62,601 nt of DNA, filler included, from 12 parts of 12 records of this genome joined end to end with filler, not necessarily neighbours in it; one strand, 5' to 3'; counted from the whole stretch's first letter, positions 1 through 12,700 are shown. The notes: a model not told the origin generated them from the sequence alone. Made by a program: numbers and translations.

Positions 1-1859
1 CGAACTCTGCAGTGTTTGATCAACTGATGCAACTCTGCATATCGCAGATGGACACCATGCTCGACAAGGCACCCCATTCTACTAGCATTGCTGAATGGTT
101 TGGCGCCAGTTGTTAGGCATCCAGAGCTGTACGAAGGACGGGACGCCGTCAAAGGACTCAGCCACCAAGTCGAAAGCTTGGCCCAGCGTGGAGAGTGCTG
201 TCAAGCGATTCCTGAACAGCGTAAGGCCCAGGCCGGCCAGGCCGAGTGGAGGTTAGGTGTCCTACTTCTTGAGTGAGCTCGCTGATAACTCGATGATCCA
301 ATTCGTGCTTCAGCATCTAGCTCGCTGTTCGATATACCTTGTGCCATTCCAGGGTCCTACAAAAAAGATGCTCAAGGTAGAACTTGGGGCTCTCTTATGT
401 ATCTCAGCTCGCATATGGCAGGTCTTGATTGGATTGTGGACTCGCAGCGAAGACAAGCAAGTGAGATTTGGCGCTTATCACAACCTACGCAGGCTGGCCA
501 CAGTGCTGAGTCCAGACATGTTAGAGCTGCTCATGAAAGGTGCTGCTGTCTCTTCGGTGACCAGACTAATTTATTCTGGACACAGGACTGTATCTTGCCT
601 ATGCCAGGAACGCAAAATTCCTCTCGATCCGCACGGCCAAACGAATTGGGTTCATGCAGCTGTGTGTGGTGGAGATCTATTCCATGGACCTGGTCGCCGC
701 ATACCAGCATGCGTTTGTGTATATTCGACAGCTGGCTGTTGACCTCCGGCAAGCGATGAGCAAGAAGACGAAGCAACTGTTCCAACGGATATACAATTGG
801 CAATATGTCAACTGCCTTCAACTGTGGACCAGTCTGCTGGTGGCGCATGCAGCAAGCTCTAAGGCAAGCCGGCTAACGGCTCCATCTCACGCACTTACAG
901 GTGCTCAAACCACTCGTATACCCACTGGTTCAGATTATCATCGGTACTATCCAGCTCCTGCCAACTGCCAGCTTCTTCCCGATGCGACTGCATCTATGTC
1001 AGCTTATGAACCAGATAGCTGCCTCCACAGGAGTGTTTATTCCTATTGCACCGCTCATTGTAGAAGTATTTCAATGGTCGGCGCTATCCAAGGTGCCCCG
1101 TTAGCCAGTCATCTCGAGTTTTCCTTGCAGGCTCCCAAGATGTCCTCTGAAAAGCCTCCAGACCTGCGATTCCAGCTGAGGCTTGCCAAAGGCCTGCTTA
1201 GCACGAAACCGGGCCAGGATGCCATCCTGACCCAGGCTGTCAATCTGCTTGCTACAGTTCTTGCTACCCAATCACGACTTGTGGGCTTTCCCGAATTGGC
1301 TATCCCCATCTGTCTGGCGCTCAGGACGTTAATTAAGAGCACTAGCATTCAGAGGCTCAAGGCCACAATCAAGCGGCTGCTAGAAAAGGTCCAACTAGGA
1401 CAGTGTGGTCGTACTTGAGCGGAGGGGCAGGTGGATCAAAACTCTCAGTTTATTATTAAGCACAGGAATGAGCTCAAATGTGGACCTAATGACACGGATA
1501 AGGTGTGTACTTTTGGTTTTAAGCTCTGCGTGGGTTGAGTCCGAGGTCAGGTTAATAATTTCTTGGCGGATGATCCTGACACTCCATTGACCACCTATGT
1601 CAAGACGATGGGAATGGGTCTTTCGCTAGGAGGCGACATGAAATTTGACGAAAGCGACGACGAGGACGCGGAAGAGGAACCTGAAGCAGAAGAAGCTGAG
1701 CAGGAGAACACAAAGAAGAAGAAGAAGAAGGGGCGTAAGCAAAAAGAGCTCCCGGTGCCCAAGCGAAGAAAGCTGGCGGAAGCAGACCAGGGTGTACATG
1801 AAGAGGACATCGTAGAGGCATTCGAAGGGTTCTCTGATGATGACGATGCAGAAGAGTGA
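1..1859 (+). CDS. NOC2: Nucleolar complex protein 2 (Noc2p family), 5'-truncated, about 8 short introns
   Basis: Spliced ORF pieces give AYQHAFVYIRQLAVDLR...IYNWQYVNCLQLW and LKPLVYPLVQIIIG...FFPMRLH, typical of Noc2/NOC2L. Acidic/basic C-terminal tail ends at TGA 1857-1859. Introns include 69-109 and 864-900 (both GC-AG). Confidence 0.9.
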
Positions 1860-2340
1860 TTGTCGGCATTTTCAAGCTTTACGAGTACATGTTTATTTTG
1901 TACAGCATGTACATGATTGTACGGTACGGTACGTACTCGTACTAACTCGTGCGTTGCTCGTGAGCAGTACATGTAGCTGGTTGCCCAGGTACTAATACTG
2001 ATACTGCACTGTGTTCAAAACTCTAATAAAGTCTTGTACAATCATCCAATTATATATCCAAAAATCACGTTTTGTACACAATCGTGTGTACATGATACGA
2101 GTAGAACTGTACGCTTACTACGTGCTAGATTTTTAAAATAACATTCTTTTTTATGTTTCAACCGGTTACGATGAGCATACATAGTTGAAGTTGCATCTAG
2201 AGGATGCAATGCAATGTAATAGGTACATTCAAAAAGCATGGAAGATGGGCGAGTTCACCTCGGGCAAACCACTCGAGATCACATAGGAGGGCTTTTCATG
2301 TGACCCTTTTGAGCTAGACCATCACTTGAAAATTTCATCA

Positions 2341-4511
2341 TTAATCTTCCATGAAAAAGTAATTCCCGCTCTCCTTCTGCTCCCGATCTTGCACGGAAAG
2401 CATCTTGTTAATCCGTGGTCTAAAGTTGCTCGGGTCCCTTCGGAACGTGATCTCCAGATGGGCAAGGAATTTGTTCATTCCCGAGACGAGAGGCTCCGGC
2501 TCGTTGGCACAGCAATCCAAGCCCGGTGCACCGTCATACACAATGACCCGGTCGGCCATGTACGTGGCCATGATAAAGTCGTGCTCGACGCAAAAGCCAG
2601 TCTTGCGCGAGTGCAGGATGAAGCGCTTAATCACCTTGGCGGCAATAATCCGCTGCTCCGAGTCGAGATAAGCTGAGGGCTCATCGATCAAGTACACGTT
2701 AGCAGGCACACCGAGCGCCAGCACCAGCGCGACCCGCTGCAGCTCGCCACCGGAGAGATGTTTCACTTCCTGGTCTAGAAGCTCCTCCACCCGCATAGGC
2801 TTGGCCACATCTGACTGGAATTGAGGGTGCATCCACGACTCCTGGATCTTCTTCAATAAGAGCCCCCTCACCGTCCCCTGGAACTTTGGGCTGATCTTCT
2901 GTGGCTTATAAGACACAGCGAGCTTGTCTGGTTTGTCGCCCTCGTCAGGTTCAAGAAGCCCGGCAAGCAAACGAATGAATGTGGTCTTACCAGTTCCGTT
3001 CTGGCCAAGCAGCACAATTATTTCCGACTCCGAGAAATGGCCAGACTTGACCTCCAGATTGAATATCCCAAGCGTTTTCCTCATATCCGGGTATTGCCAT
3101 GTGCCTTGATCCCGTCCCTCGCCATCCGCACCGTCGTCACCCCCATCCGAAACCTTGAAGCTGAGAGCGTCTTCACGGAAGCGAAGGTTCTCAGTAGGGA
3201 CAAAGCCAGCCAGGAAGATGTTGATGCCTTCCCTCACTCCGAAAGGCATGGTGACCACTCCGTAGGCGCCAGGTACGCCATACAGGCAGCAGATGAAATC
3301 AGACAAGTAGTCGAGCACGGCTAAATCATGCTCGACAGCTATCACATATTTCTCGATGTCGAGCAATTCTCGAATCACTTGGGCAGCCTTGAGCCTCTGC
3401 TTCACATCCAGGTACGAGGACGGCTCGTCAAACATGTAAACCGTCGCGTTCTGGACAAAGACAATCCCGATTGCAAACCGTTGCAGCTCTCCACCAGACA
3501 AATCCTCAATGTTTCTGTCGAGAACATTCTCTAGTTCCAGAGCCTCGATGATGAAGTCTTTCTGCTCTCGGCCGTCTTTCTTGTCCAGCAGCTCGGCGAC
3601 GGTGCCCTTGACGGCCTTTGGGATCTGCAGGCGGCGGTGAGCATTGGCAGCTGGTGGGAAGAGTGCCTGGTCAACATACTGAGGCTTGATGATTGCTTTG
3701 ATTTCGTCCTCCAAGATGCGAGTGAAGTAATTCTGCCAGTCACCCACCACTCAGCACTCCACACGCTATTCGCAGCACCTGCAGCTCTGACCCTCGGAAA
3801 TAGACCAGAATGTCCGCCCAGTCTGACCACAGCGGATCAGCACCTCTCGCAGTAGCTTGGCTCACCAGGTGGGTCGTCGTACCGCCCCAGATTGGGCTTC
3901 TGTTTGCCAGCCAGCACCTTGAGCGCGGTGGACTTGCCGATGCCGTTGGTGCCCACTAGCCCGAGCACTTGGCCTGGTCGCGGGATCGGAAGCCTGTAGG
4001 GCTGGTGAGCACTGCTGTGCGGCCCAGCAGTGGCACCGATGCAGCTTGAAGGTGTTGGAGCCGTAGCGGTGGGTGGTGTCCTTCTCCAGGTTGGCAGGCA
4101 GGTTGATGATCTGGATCGCCTCGAACGGGCACTTTTTAACGCAGATGCCGCACCCAATGCACAGCTCCTCTGAGAGCTGGGCCGTCTTATTTTGGGGAGT
4201 TATCTGAACGCAGCGAATCAGGCAATGGGTGTCGCAGCCCAGCCCGGGCAGTCCGACAGCCACTAAACCGGCTGGGCGCGACAAATTGCGCCGGTCTAGG
4301 CAGCTGTCGACGCCGCCGGGTGGGCAGTGGGCATAGCGCTGGGTGGGAGGCCCAGAAGTGGGCGAACCGAGCTAGGTTTTATGGGTCGGGTGGGAGGCAG
4401 TACCTCGATGCAAAGCTTGCCCATGCGGACCACCTGCAGCCACAGTGAGCGCCGCGGCGGGAAGCAGCGCCAGGGCTGGGTCACCGGGCACGCTTTCTTG
4501 CACTCGTGTTT
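2341..4511 (-). CDS. ABCE1: ABC-E ATPase (RNase L inhibitor / ribosome recycling factor), 5'-truncated at contig end
   Basis: Fe-S domain [16 protein letters not shown]...[13 protein letters not shown], two Walker A motifs ([18 protein letters not shown]), LSGGELQR twice, C-terminal [23 protein letters not shown]. Five GT-AG introns, all in the 5' part. Confidence 0.97.
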
Positions 4512-4611
4512 NNNNNNNNNNNNNNNNNNNNNNNNNNNNNNNNNNNNNNNNNNNNTTAATTAATTAANNNNNNNNNNNNNNNNNNNNNNNNNNNNNNNNN
4601 NNNNNNNNNNN
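4512..4611. other. Artificial contig spacer (N run with TTAATTAATTAA). Identical spacers at 9519-9618, 15671-15770, 20547-20646, 24659-24758, 29159-29258, 34170-34269, 40733-40832, 52330-52429, 55508-55607, 58973-59072
   Basis: Eleven identical 100-nt N blocks, each with a six-frame-stop insert. Genes are truncated at these blocks. Confidence 0.99.
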
Positions 4612-4655
4612 AATTAAACGCCTATTGCTTCAAAAAAAAGTGTGTCCGGTTTATT

Positions 4656-4736
4656 CTGACCGAAGCGCTTCCCCCGTCACGAACACTTGTAACCGCAGGC
4701 CGCTGTGTTCGTTGACGGGGGAAGCGCTTCGGTCAG
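4656..4736. repeat. Near-perfect 31/32-bp inverted repeat with an 18-nt loop
   Basis: CTGACCGAAGCGCTTCCCCCGTCACGAACAC (4656-4686) pairs with GTGTTCGTTGACGGGGGAAGCGCTTCGGTCAG (4705-4736), with one bulged base. Confidence 0.95.
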
Positions 4737-4760
4737 GGTGCCGCAGCCGCCAGGGCGAGG

Positions 4761-5585
4761 ATGGGGTGTGGCGACTCCAAGGCGATCGAGGATAACAACA
4801 CCAAGAAGAAGTCGCTGACAGACGCTCCCGAGGAGCGACCTGCTCGCAGTAGCAGTCGCGCGGACCCAGCGGCCTCAGAGCCTGCACCGGCCTCACCTCC
4901 ACCTCCACCCGACAGCGATGGAGCGGATCAGCGGCAGAGAGCATTGGACGCTGACCTGGCGCAAATCCAGGCCCAGGAGCTGTCCGATGAACCGGTGGAG
5001 TGTCTGTGCTACATCGACGACCTGAGGCCGGACCTGAGGCAAGCGAGCCAGACCAACCCGGCGCTGTGCAAGGAGATGGACCTGGCCTCGATAGACGGGC
5101 AGGACTGCAGTCGGTCCAACCTGGAAGAGGTGTACCACATGCTCACCACCGACAAGCGCCCGCTGGAGGTGCACTTTTTTCACCCGGAAACCCGCCAGAA
5201 GGTGGTGTACCGGTTTGAGCAGCAAGGCCCGCTCGGGATCAAGGTGGCCCAACGGCCCGAGCCGCCGCCGCCCCCGACCGAGAGCTACGAGCTGATTGAG
5301 ACGGTGGAGGGCGCGGATATGCTGGTCCAGCCGACTACGCTGTACACTGACATGACTGGGCTGCCCATTGGCACGTGGGATCCACCCGCGTCCGGTGAGC
5401 CGGAAGCCTGGGCGCGCGCCGAGCATCCGGTGCCAGGTAAGCCTGCCCCACCGGCACCAGAGGCCGACGACATCTTCAACGAGGAGGTCGCGCAGCGCGG
5501 CAGTGGTCGACGGGAAGTGGTGCGCCGGCCTACACGCGGTGACCACCTGCAGCCACGGCGCCTGAGCCACCCGGGCAGGGACTAG
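4761..5585 (+). CDS. Hypothetical N-acylated protein with a PDZ-like domain
   Basis: Starts MGCGDSK (myristoylation/palmitoylation-like). PDZ-like elements DLASIDGQD...RPLEVHF and GPLGIKV. The 3' end is uncertain. Confidence 0.6.
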   Translation: MGCGDSKAIEDNNTKKKSLTDAPEERPARSSSRADPAASEPAPASPPPPPDSDGADQRQRALDADLAQIQAQELSDEPVECLCYIDDLRPDLRQASQTNPALCKEMDLASIDGQDCSRSNLEEVYHMLTTDKRPLEVHFFHPETRQKVVYRFEQQGPLGIKVAQRPEPPPPPTESYELIETVEGADMLVQPTTLYTDMTGLPIGTWDPPASGEPEAWARAEHPVPGKPAPPAPEADDIFNEEVAQRGSGRREVVRRPTRGDHLQPRRLSHPGRD

Positions 5586-5655
5586 CAGAAGGAAGGAGGA
5601 AAACGAGTCAAGTTAATGAAGACACCCAGCCAAAGTCTAATTCTTGCTGCCAAGC

Positions 5656-5740
5656 CAGTCAGTGCTCAGTCAGTGCTCAGCGGCTCAGCGGGCATCCTGC
5701 TGTTGCTAGGCGCCCAGCGGGCATCCTGCTGCTGCTAGGG
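5656..5740. repeat. Short tandem duplications in intergenic DNA
   Basis: CAGTCAGTGCT twice, followed by CAGCGGGCATCCTGCTGYTGCTAGG twice. Confidence 0.7.
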
Positions 5741-6096
5741 CGTGCCGTGTCAATCTCGATATAATTATCTAGCGCTAAGTGGCTAGTTAGCAACTTCCAG
5801 GGCGCCCTACCCTTCGACCCTTGACTAGATATCCGACCATGATTCCGACCTCTGTATTCAGTTGTGTGGCAGATTGGATGCTAATCGGTAGTAGTATTCC
5901 ACAAGGGTTGTATTCGACTCCGCAACGTTAGCTCGTACTAAGCTCGAACACAACCGCGAGTTGTGCCGTAATCATGGCCGTAATGCGCGACTGCGCGCTG
6001 CATGATGAGCCTGATGATGAGTCGTGGCAACAACGGAAGCTCTCAGCCGGGCGTGCCGTCGACGGAAGGGCCCGTCGAGAGGGTCGGAGCTCTGGG

Positions 6097-9000
6097 ATGG
6101 CGGAAGAGTTCGACAGCGAGACCATCGCCCACCTCGAGAATGTGGTGCGTCCCCACAGCAACCCCGCTCGGCACGCCGCCCCGGGTTGACGGATTTGGTT
6201 TGCAGCGGGAGCAAGACCTGCTGTACGAGGAGGACGTTCTGCGCAATCCGTTCTACCTCAAAAGCTGGCTGCGGTACATCGAGGTGCGCTGTCCTGCATC
6301 TGTGCAATACTGACGCGGCTCTGTGTCATCCCAGGCCAAATCAAACGATGAGGCCAGTATTCGCAACACGCTGAACGAGCGCGCAGTGAAGGAGCTGCCG
6401 GGCAGCTACAAGCTTTGGTATCAATACCTGATGGACCGGAAGGAGCAGGTGTCCGAGACAGACCAGGGGCCCAATGTCTGAGCCGGGTGGGCAGGTGGGC
6501 GACAGCTGTCCGCTCGACCAGTGCTGGGACCAGCTCAATAACGTGTTTGAGCGCGCGCTGGTTTTTCTGCACAAGGTGCGCCCGGCGGCGAGGCAGCGGG
6601 GCTGAGTGCGCTGGGGAAAGATGCCCAAAATCTGGAAGGAGTACCTGGACTTTCGGATGCGCCAGAAGTGGGACGTGACCAAGACGAGGCACACTTTTGA
6701 TAGGGCACTGCGCGCGCTACCGATCACGCAGCACGAGCAGATCTGGCCGCTGTACCGGCAGTTTATCCTGGACAGCAGCGTCAAAGAGACAGCGCAGCGC
6801 GTCTGGAGGTGCGAACGCGAGTAGCTGCTGGTCTGAGCCTGGCTGGCAGACGATACTTGATGCTGCAGCCTGAGCAGACAGAGGAGTACGTCAAGTGGCT
6901 GGTGCAAGTCGGGCTGCTGGACGAGGCCGCCCGCCGGCTGGCCGACCTGGTGAACAATGAGGAGTTCGAGTCGATTCAAGGCAAGAGTAAGCACGAGCTG
7001 TGGTTTGAGCTGTGCGACTTGATTGCCAAGAACCCAGACAAGGTGCCTCGGATACCGAGCCAAAACCGACAGTCCGGGCAGGTCAAGGGATTGCGGGTCG
7101 AGCCAATCATCCGGCAAGGGCTCCGGCGGTTTACATCTGAGGTCTCAACAGAGCTGGGATAGGCCGAGCCAGGTTAGGTGGGTCGGCTCTGGTGTGCACT
7201 GGCCGATTACTTCATTCGCTCGGGCCATTTCGAGAAGGCTCGCGACATATACGAGGAAGCGATGACCACGGTGAGCATAACCGACCGAGTGGGTGTTCTG
7301 ACTGATCTGCAGGTGGTGACTGCACGCGACTTCTCGATGATCTTTGATGCGTACGCACAGTTTGAGGAGTCGCTGATCACAGCCAAGATGGAGATGGAAG
7401 ACGACGACGATGATGACAGCGATGCCGAAGATGGAGACGAGGTGGAGCTTGAGATGCGGCTGGCACGGCTCGAACATCTAATGGATCGTCGGCCTGAGCT
7501 GTTCTCTTCCGTCAAGTGGCTGGCTGGATTGGCTGCTCAGCTGATTCCCCTGGGTGCCAGGCTGCGCCAGAACCCGAACGATGTACAGGAATGGCGCAAG
7601 CGCATCAAATTATTTGAGGGCGACGATGCCAAGACTGTGCAGACTTTCACTGCAGCTGTGAAGACAATAAAGCCAAAGGAGGCAGATGGCAACTTAGCGA
7701 TGCTGTGGGTAGCATTTGCCCACTTTTACGAGATGAATGAAGACTTGGGCAATGCAAGGGTGATCATGGAGATGGCGACAAAGGTGCCTACTGGCTGCGT
7801 GACACTTGAACTGATCGCGGTCCATAGGTGGATTTCAAGAGGGTGGAGGATCTTGCCACTGTATGGTGCATGTGGGTCGAGATGGAGCTGCAGCACCACA
7901 ACCACAACCAGGCAGTCGACCTGTGCCGCCGCGCCACCACAGAGACCAAGCGGAAGCGCAAAAGAGGCACTACTGACGAACCGCTCACTGTAAGCCGCTC
8001 CAATCTTGATTGGTGCTCTGACCTTAGGCGCAGGTGCATCAGAGGCTACACAAATCGACCAGGCTTTGGATGCTCTATGCAGATATGGAGGAGAGCTTTG
8101 GTAGCTTTTCGACCACAAAGGCTGTATATGAGCGAGTGCTTGAGCTCAAAGTGGCAACGCCACAGCTTGTTATCAACTATGCGGCGTTCTTGGAGGAAAA
8201 CAAGTACTTCGAGGAGTCATTCAAGGCCTATGAGCGGGGCGTGCACATGTTCAATTTCCCATATGTGCATGATATCTGGATCATGTATCTCACCAAATTT
8301 GTCGAGAGGTACGGAGGGTCCAAACTGGAGCGTGCTCGAGACATGTTTGAGCAAGTGCTCGCTAAGGTCCGCTGCCGCTCACAGCTTTGATCCCAACCAA
8401 CTGATTGTCAGGTCGGGAAGGAACAAGCCCGGGTATTTTACCTGCTGTTTGCTCGTCTAGAGGAGGACTACGGATTAGCGCGGCATGCAATGCACATATA
8501 TGACCGTGCCTGCAAAGAACTCCCGAGCGAAGAACGGTTTGATATGTACCTGATATACTTGAGTCGCGCCCAAGACTTTTTTGGAGTGATGCAAACCCGC
8601 GAGATCTATGAATCGGCGATCGAAGCACTTCCAGATCCGCAGGCGGCTATAATGTGTCTCAAGTTTAGCAAGGTGGAACTCACCCTGGGTGAAGTGGATC
8701 GCGCTCGAGAGGTGTTCATGCATGGAGCTCAATTCTGTGACCCTCGCGGCCAAGACGCGACTGCAAAGCAGTACTGGGAGACATGGCACAGTTTCGAGGT
8801 CAATCATGGCAACGAAGACACGTTCAGAGAAATGCTCCGGGTGAGAATTGATTGTTGCAACCCGTAGTGATATTCCGAGGCTAAGCAGGATTCGCAGGTG
8901 AAGCGGTCAGTGCAGCTGCAATACACTGAAGTGAGCTTCCAAGCCACTGACGTAGCTGTGGCAGCGGCAGAGGCAGATCAGGCCGCTGCTAGCAACATGG

Positions 9001-9287
9001 AGAAGCTGGAGCAAGAGGCAATGGAGGAGGCTCCCCCGAGTCAACCCGATGCTCCGGAGCCCGAGGTAATGGCAAATCCAGAAGAGCTCGACATTGACAT
9101 GGACGGTGCCTTAGCACATAGATCTGGCACTAGCTTATTGGGTGACTGATCATATCTATTCTGTCTTGCAGATGATGGCGAGGAGGAAGACGAGATCCAG
9201 CAGAAGGAAGTACCTGCAGCTGTGTTTGGTGATGCGAAGGAGCAGCAGATGGGAGCCTTGGAGCGGTTGAAGCGAGGCACCAAATGA
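6097..9287 (+). CDS. SYF1: Pre-mRNA splicing factor SYF1 (XAB2), HAT repeats, about 14 introns
   Basis: DLLYEEDVLRNPFYLKSWLRYIE, LPGSYKLW, RHTFDRALRALPITQHEQIW, LRQNPNDVQEW, ATPQLVINYAAFLEENKYFEESFKAYERG, FEVNHGNEDTFREMLR, C-terminal QQKEVPAAVFG...GALERLKR. Frame switches coincide with GT-AG introns of about 36-65 nt. Confidence 0.96.
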
Positions 9288-9734
9288 AGTATGCAGTAAT
9301 GTTCAGATACAAATATTGCTTACCATAGCCATGGCAAGTCAGATGCACGTTCACCACGGTAGTAACTTAGTAGTAACTTACTTTGTATTGGAGTTTGACT
9401 TTGGCTACATTCGTCATACTCCTTGACTTGTAGATCACGGTTCAGATTTTAAAAACTTAAAATGATCTTATGTACGCAATACTACGAGTATGATTTTACC
9501 GGCTAGTACATCAGTTGGNNNNNNNNNNNNNNNNNNNNNNNNNNNNNNNNNNNNNNNNNNNNTTAATTAATTAANNNNNNNNNNNNNNNNNNNNNNNNNN
9601 NNNNNNNNNNNNNNNNNNTTAACCCTTCTGTGATTAACTGGAATTAATTCAAGGATACTACTACTACTACTACATGAACTCTACGTAACAAGTAATCAAT
9701 AGTCCCGATCGGGATTCATAATACATATCTACAT

Positions 9735-12700
9735 TCACAAAAAGTTTTCTATGTTCTCCTTGTCGAACACAGCACGTGTCGCGCTCTTTGGTTGGTACTC
9801 GGAATACCCCTTCGTGGGTGATTTGACCTCGTCAAAGATCGGATTGGACTGGCATGTAGAGGTTGATTGCATTGCATCCAGCCCCTCCCTGACAGCTCGC
9901 TTGTAGCTATTATTGTCCAGATCGGCATTGAAGTGTTGGTTGAAGTGCTCGAGGAACGGATGGATGCAGTCATTCTTGAGCTGGATTTTGGATCGGTTGC
10001 CACTGCCCAACCAGACCACCCATACACATCCGGCGCTGGCTGGCTCAAGCTCACCACTTACAACTCGAGCTGGCCACCACCGCGATACTTGCTTGGCCCA
10101 AACAACCTGACCTTTGCCAGTTCCTGGCTTTGTGTTTGGTCTGCCCCGAGCGTGTGCTTTGTTTGCCCGTGACAGTCCAGGGTTCTTGTGAGTGCAGTTG
10201 ACATTCTGAGTGGGACTCTTCCCATGCAACCGTGCACTTGATATTCGAGACAACTGGCGCTCGGCCCGTTGCTTGGCATTCTGAGCTGTCTTGAGTTCGT
10301 CGCGCAGCGATGCCTTTTCCTGAGCCAGGTTGCCGTTGTGTTTATCAATCGTAAACTGTTCCATCACAACTTGCTGCCACAGAACCAACGCAATCCGCAG
10401 TGCCCCAACGTAATACATGCTGCACACGACATACGCTTGTCGTAGCGCATACTTGTGATGTGCAGTCGACAGCTCGAGCGCGAGTTTGGCTCGCGTAGTC
10501 TGGAACCGCCATCGCCACTGCCTCCAGCTGGCTGCCAGACCCCGCCAGTAGCACAAGAGCCGACCTGCTTTAAGTTGCCCATTCCGCAGGTGCAGCCTCG
10601 ACTCGACCGCCCGCTTACGACTCTCGAGCTGATCACAACTCTGTGACATCTCTTCACAGTGGGCCTTCCACCTGGCCAGCTCCGACTCATATAGTTGCTT
10701 GGCCTTGACATGCTCCTCCAGCTCACCGACCGCCTTTTTGAGCTGCCGGGTTTTGGTCTGTAACTGCCTATCCTTCTCAAGCAGCATCTCGTTCATTGCT
10801 TCGCTCCTGGTGGCCAACAGCTCGGCACCTTTGATCCGGACGGCATTCAATTCCTCCTCAAACTGTGCCTGGTTCTTGACGCCCTCTGCAGTCCCAACTG
10901 CCGCCATCCGCTCCAGCTGATCCTCTGCAGCCCGAGCTCGCTGTTCCACCTCTTCCAGGCAATGCTGAAATATCTTTTGAGTCTTCTGCAGCGCCTGACC
11001 CTTCTCAAACTCCATATCGGCTCGTAATTGACTCTCGCGCCTCTGGTACTCCTCGTGGGCCCGCTGGTGCTGCGCTGTAAACTCAGCAGCAAGATCGACC
11101 ATTGCTTGATCTTTTGTCTGACCAGAAGTATGGGATTGGACGGACATCAACCGCCGAGACAACGACGCTCGCCAGAGGTACAGCCCCCACAGCAGAGCCT
11201 GCTTTCTCCGCCAGCGGGCTGCCTCAACAGCTCGCGTATAAGGGACAATCATCTTCTGGTGGTGATGTTGTTGCTGACGCGACGAGGAGTAGCGCCACCT
11301 ACCAATCAGTCGGAGCTGATGCATCCACAGCCGGCGCAGCTCCAGTGCAATCACTGCAGCGTAAAGTCGCACTGCAGCCATCTCCTTTTTCGCTGTCGAG
11401 AGCTGCATGCTGATTGAATGTGTCTTTGCCGCAGAGGCTCGAAGGTGAGCTGTCAGCCCTACCACTTGCCCCTCGGTTGTAGTTAGGGCTTGCTGGGCTT
11501 GAGTGAGCTCGGTACTCACAGTCGCATGGTCGGCCTGCAGAGCTTCCAGTCGAGACTTGAGTCTTTCGAGCTTGAACCGCTCCACAGTCAGTGCTGCGAG
11601 GCACTGGTTGGCCCAGCTCCATACCACCCGGCGCAGCCGAGTCACGTGCCGGCTAGCCCAGACTGCGCCAATCGCTGTCGACAGCATGTACGGTGTTCGT
11701 GCTTCGACAGCCTTGCGCACAGCCCGCTCGGCCTTTGACTGATAGTGCTCGCGGATCGCAGTGATGTCGGTGGCAGCCTGGGCAGTGAGGCTCCACCTCT
11801 GGAGCAGCAGGCTGAGCGGCACTCGGCGCAGAGCAGTGTAGGTGTGTCGCATGAGTTGGACAGCCTGGTGCTTCCGCAGCACGACGCCTTGTTGCTTCGC
11901 ATGAGCTCGGCTCTGATCCGCCTGCACCACCAATCAGTCTAGCGCGAAGGCAGGCTCACCAGTCGACTGATCTCGTGCCTCGCAACAGAGTTGACCTGCC
12001 CCACCCTCGAGCGAAGCGCCTCCTCCATCGACCGCTGCACCAGACGGCAGACTGCCCGGTGCATTGCGCGCAGCTCGAGCTGTTTGGTCAGCGAGTGAAT
12101 CAGCCGGAAGCCCTGCCGGTGCTTCAGCAGCCACAGCTCCGCCTGCGCCTCCTCCAGCTGCTCGTCCGCTTCCTCCTGTCCATTGGCCGCCGCGCGCCGC
12201 TGGTCGGCTCGCAGCTGGTCGGTCTCCCGTTCGAGCCGGTCGCGGGCCACCTGCTGCTCGGCCAGCTTCTGCACGTCCTCCCGCTCCTTGGCCTGAGCCA
12301 TCTCGACCGCCCGGCGCAGGTCGGCCACCTCCCGCTCCCGCTCGGCCTCCCGCGCGCTGCTGGCGGTCCGCAGCTCGCGCAGCTCGGTTTGGAGCTCGGC
12401 CGCCCGCCGCTCAGCCGGCTCGAGCTCCTCGGTGCGATCCATCAGAAGGTAGAGCTCGTCCTCCAGTTCGGACTGCTTGGCCTCGGCATCGGCCCGCGCC
12501 TGGCGCAGCTGGCCGTCCAGCGAGTCGCGCTCGGCCTCCAGGGTAGCCAGCAGGCGGCTGGCCGAGGCGGCCGCCCACCGGCGCATCGCCCAGGCGAGCG
12601 CGGTGAGCTGGAGCCGCTCGGCGAACTGGCGGAGCGACTGCTCGGCGCAGAGGTACTGGGCCTCGAGGGTGACCTCGTCCAGGCAGCGCTGCGCCACCGC

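Noticed and set aside
5770-6030. Possible tRNA or C/D snoRNA upstream of SYF1 (TTCGACCC; ATGATGA...CTGA)
   Set aside because: No cloverleaf could be built, and the box-like motifs are adjacent with no guide region or terminal stem.
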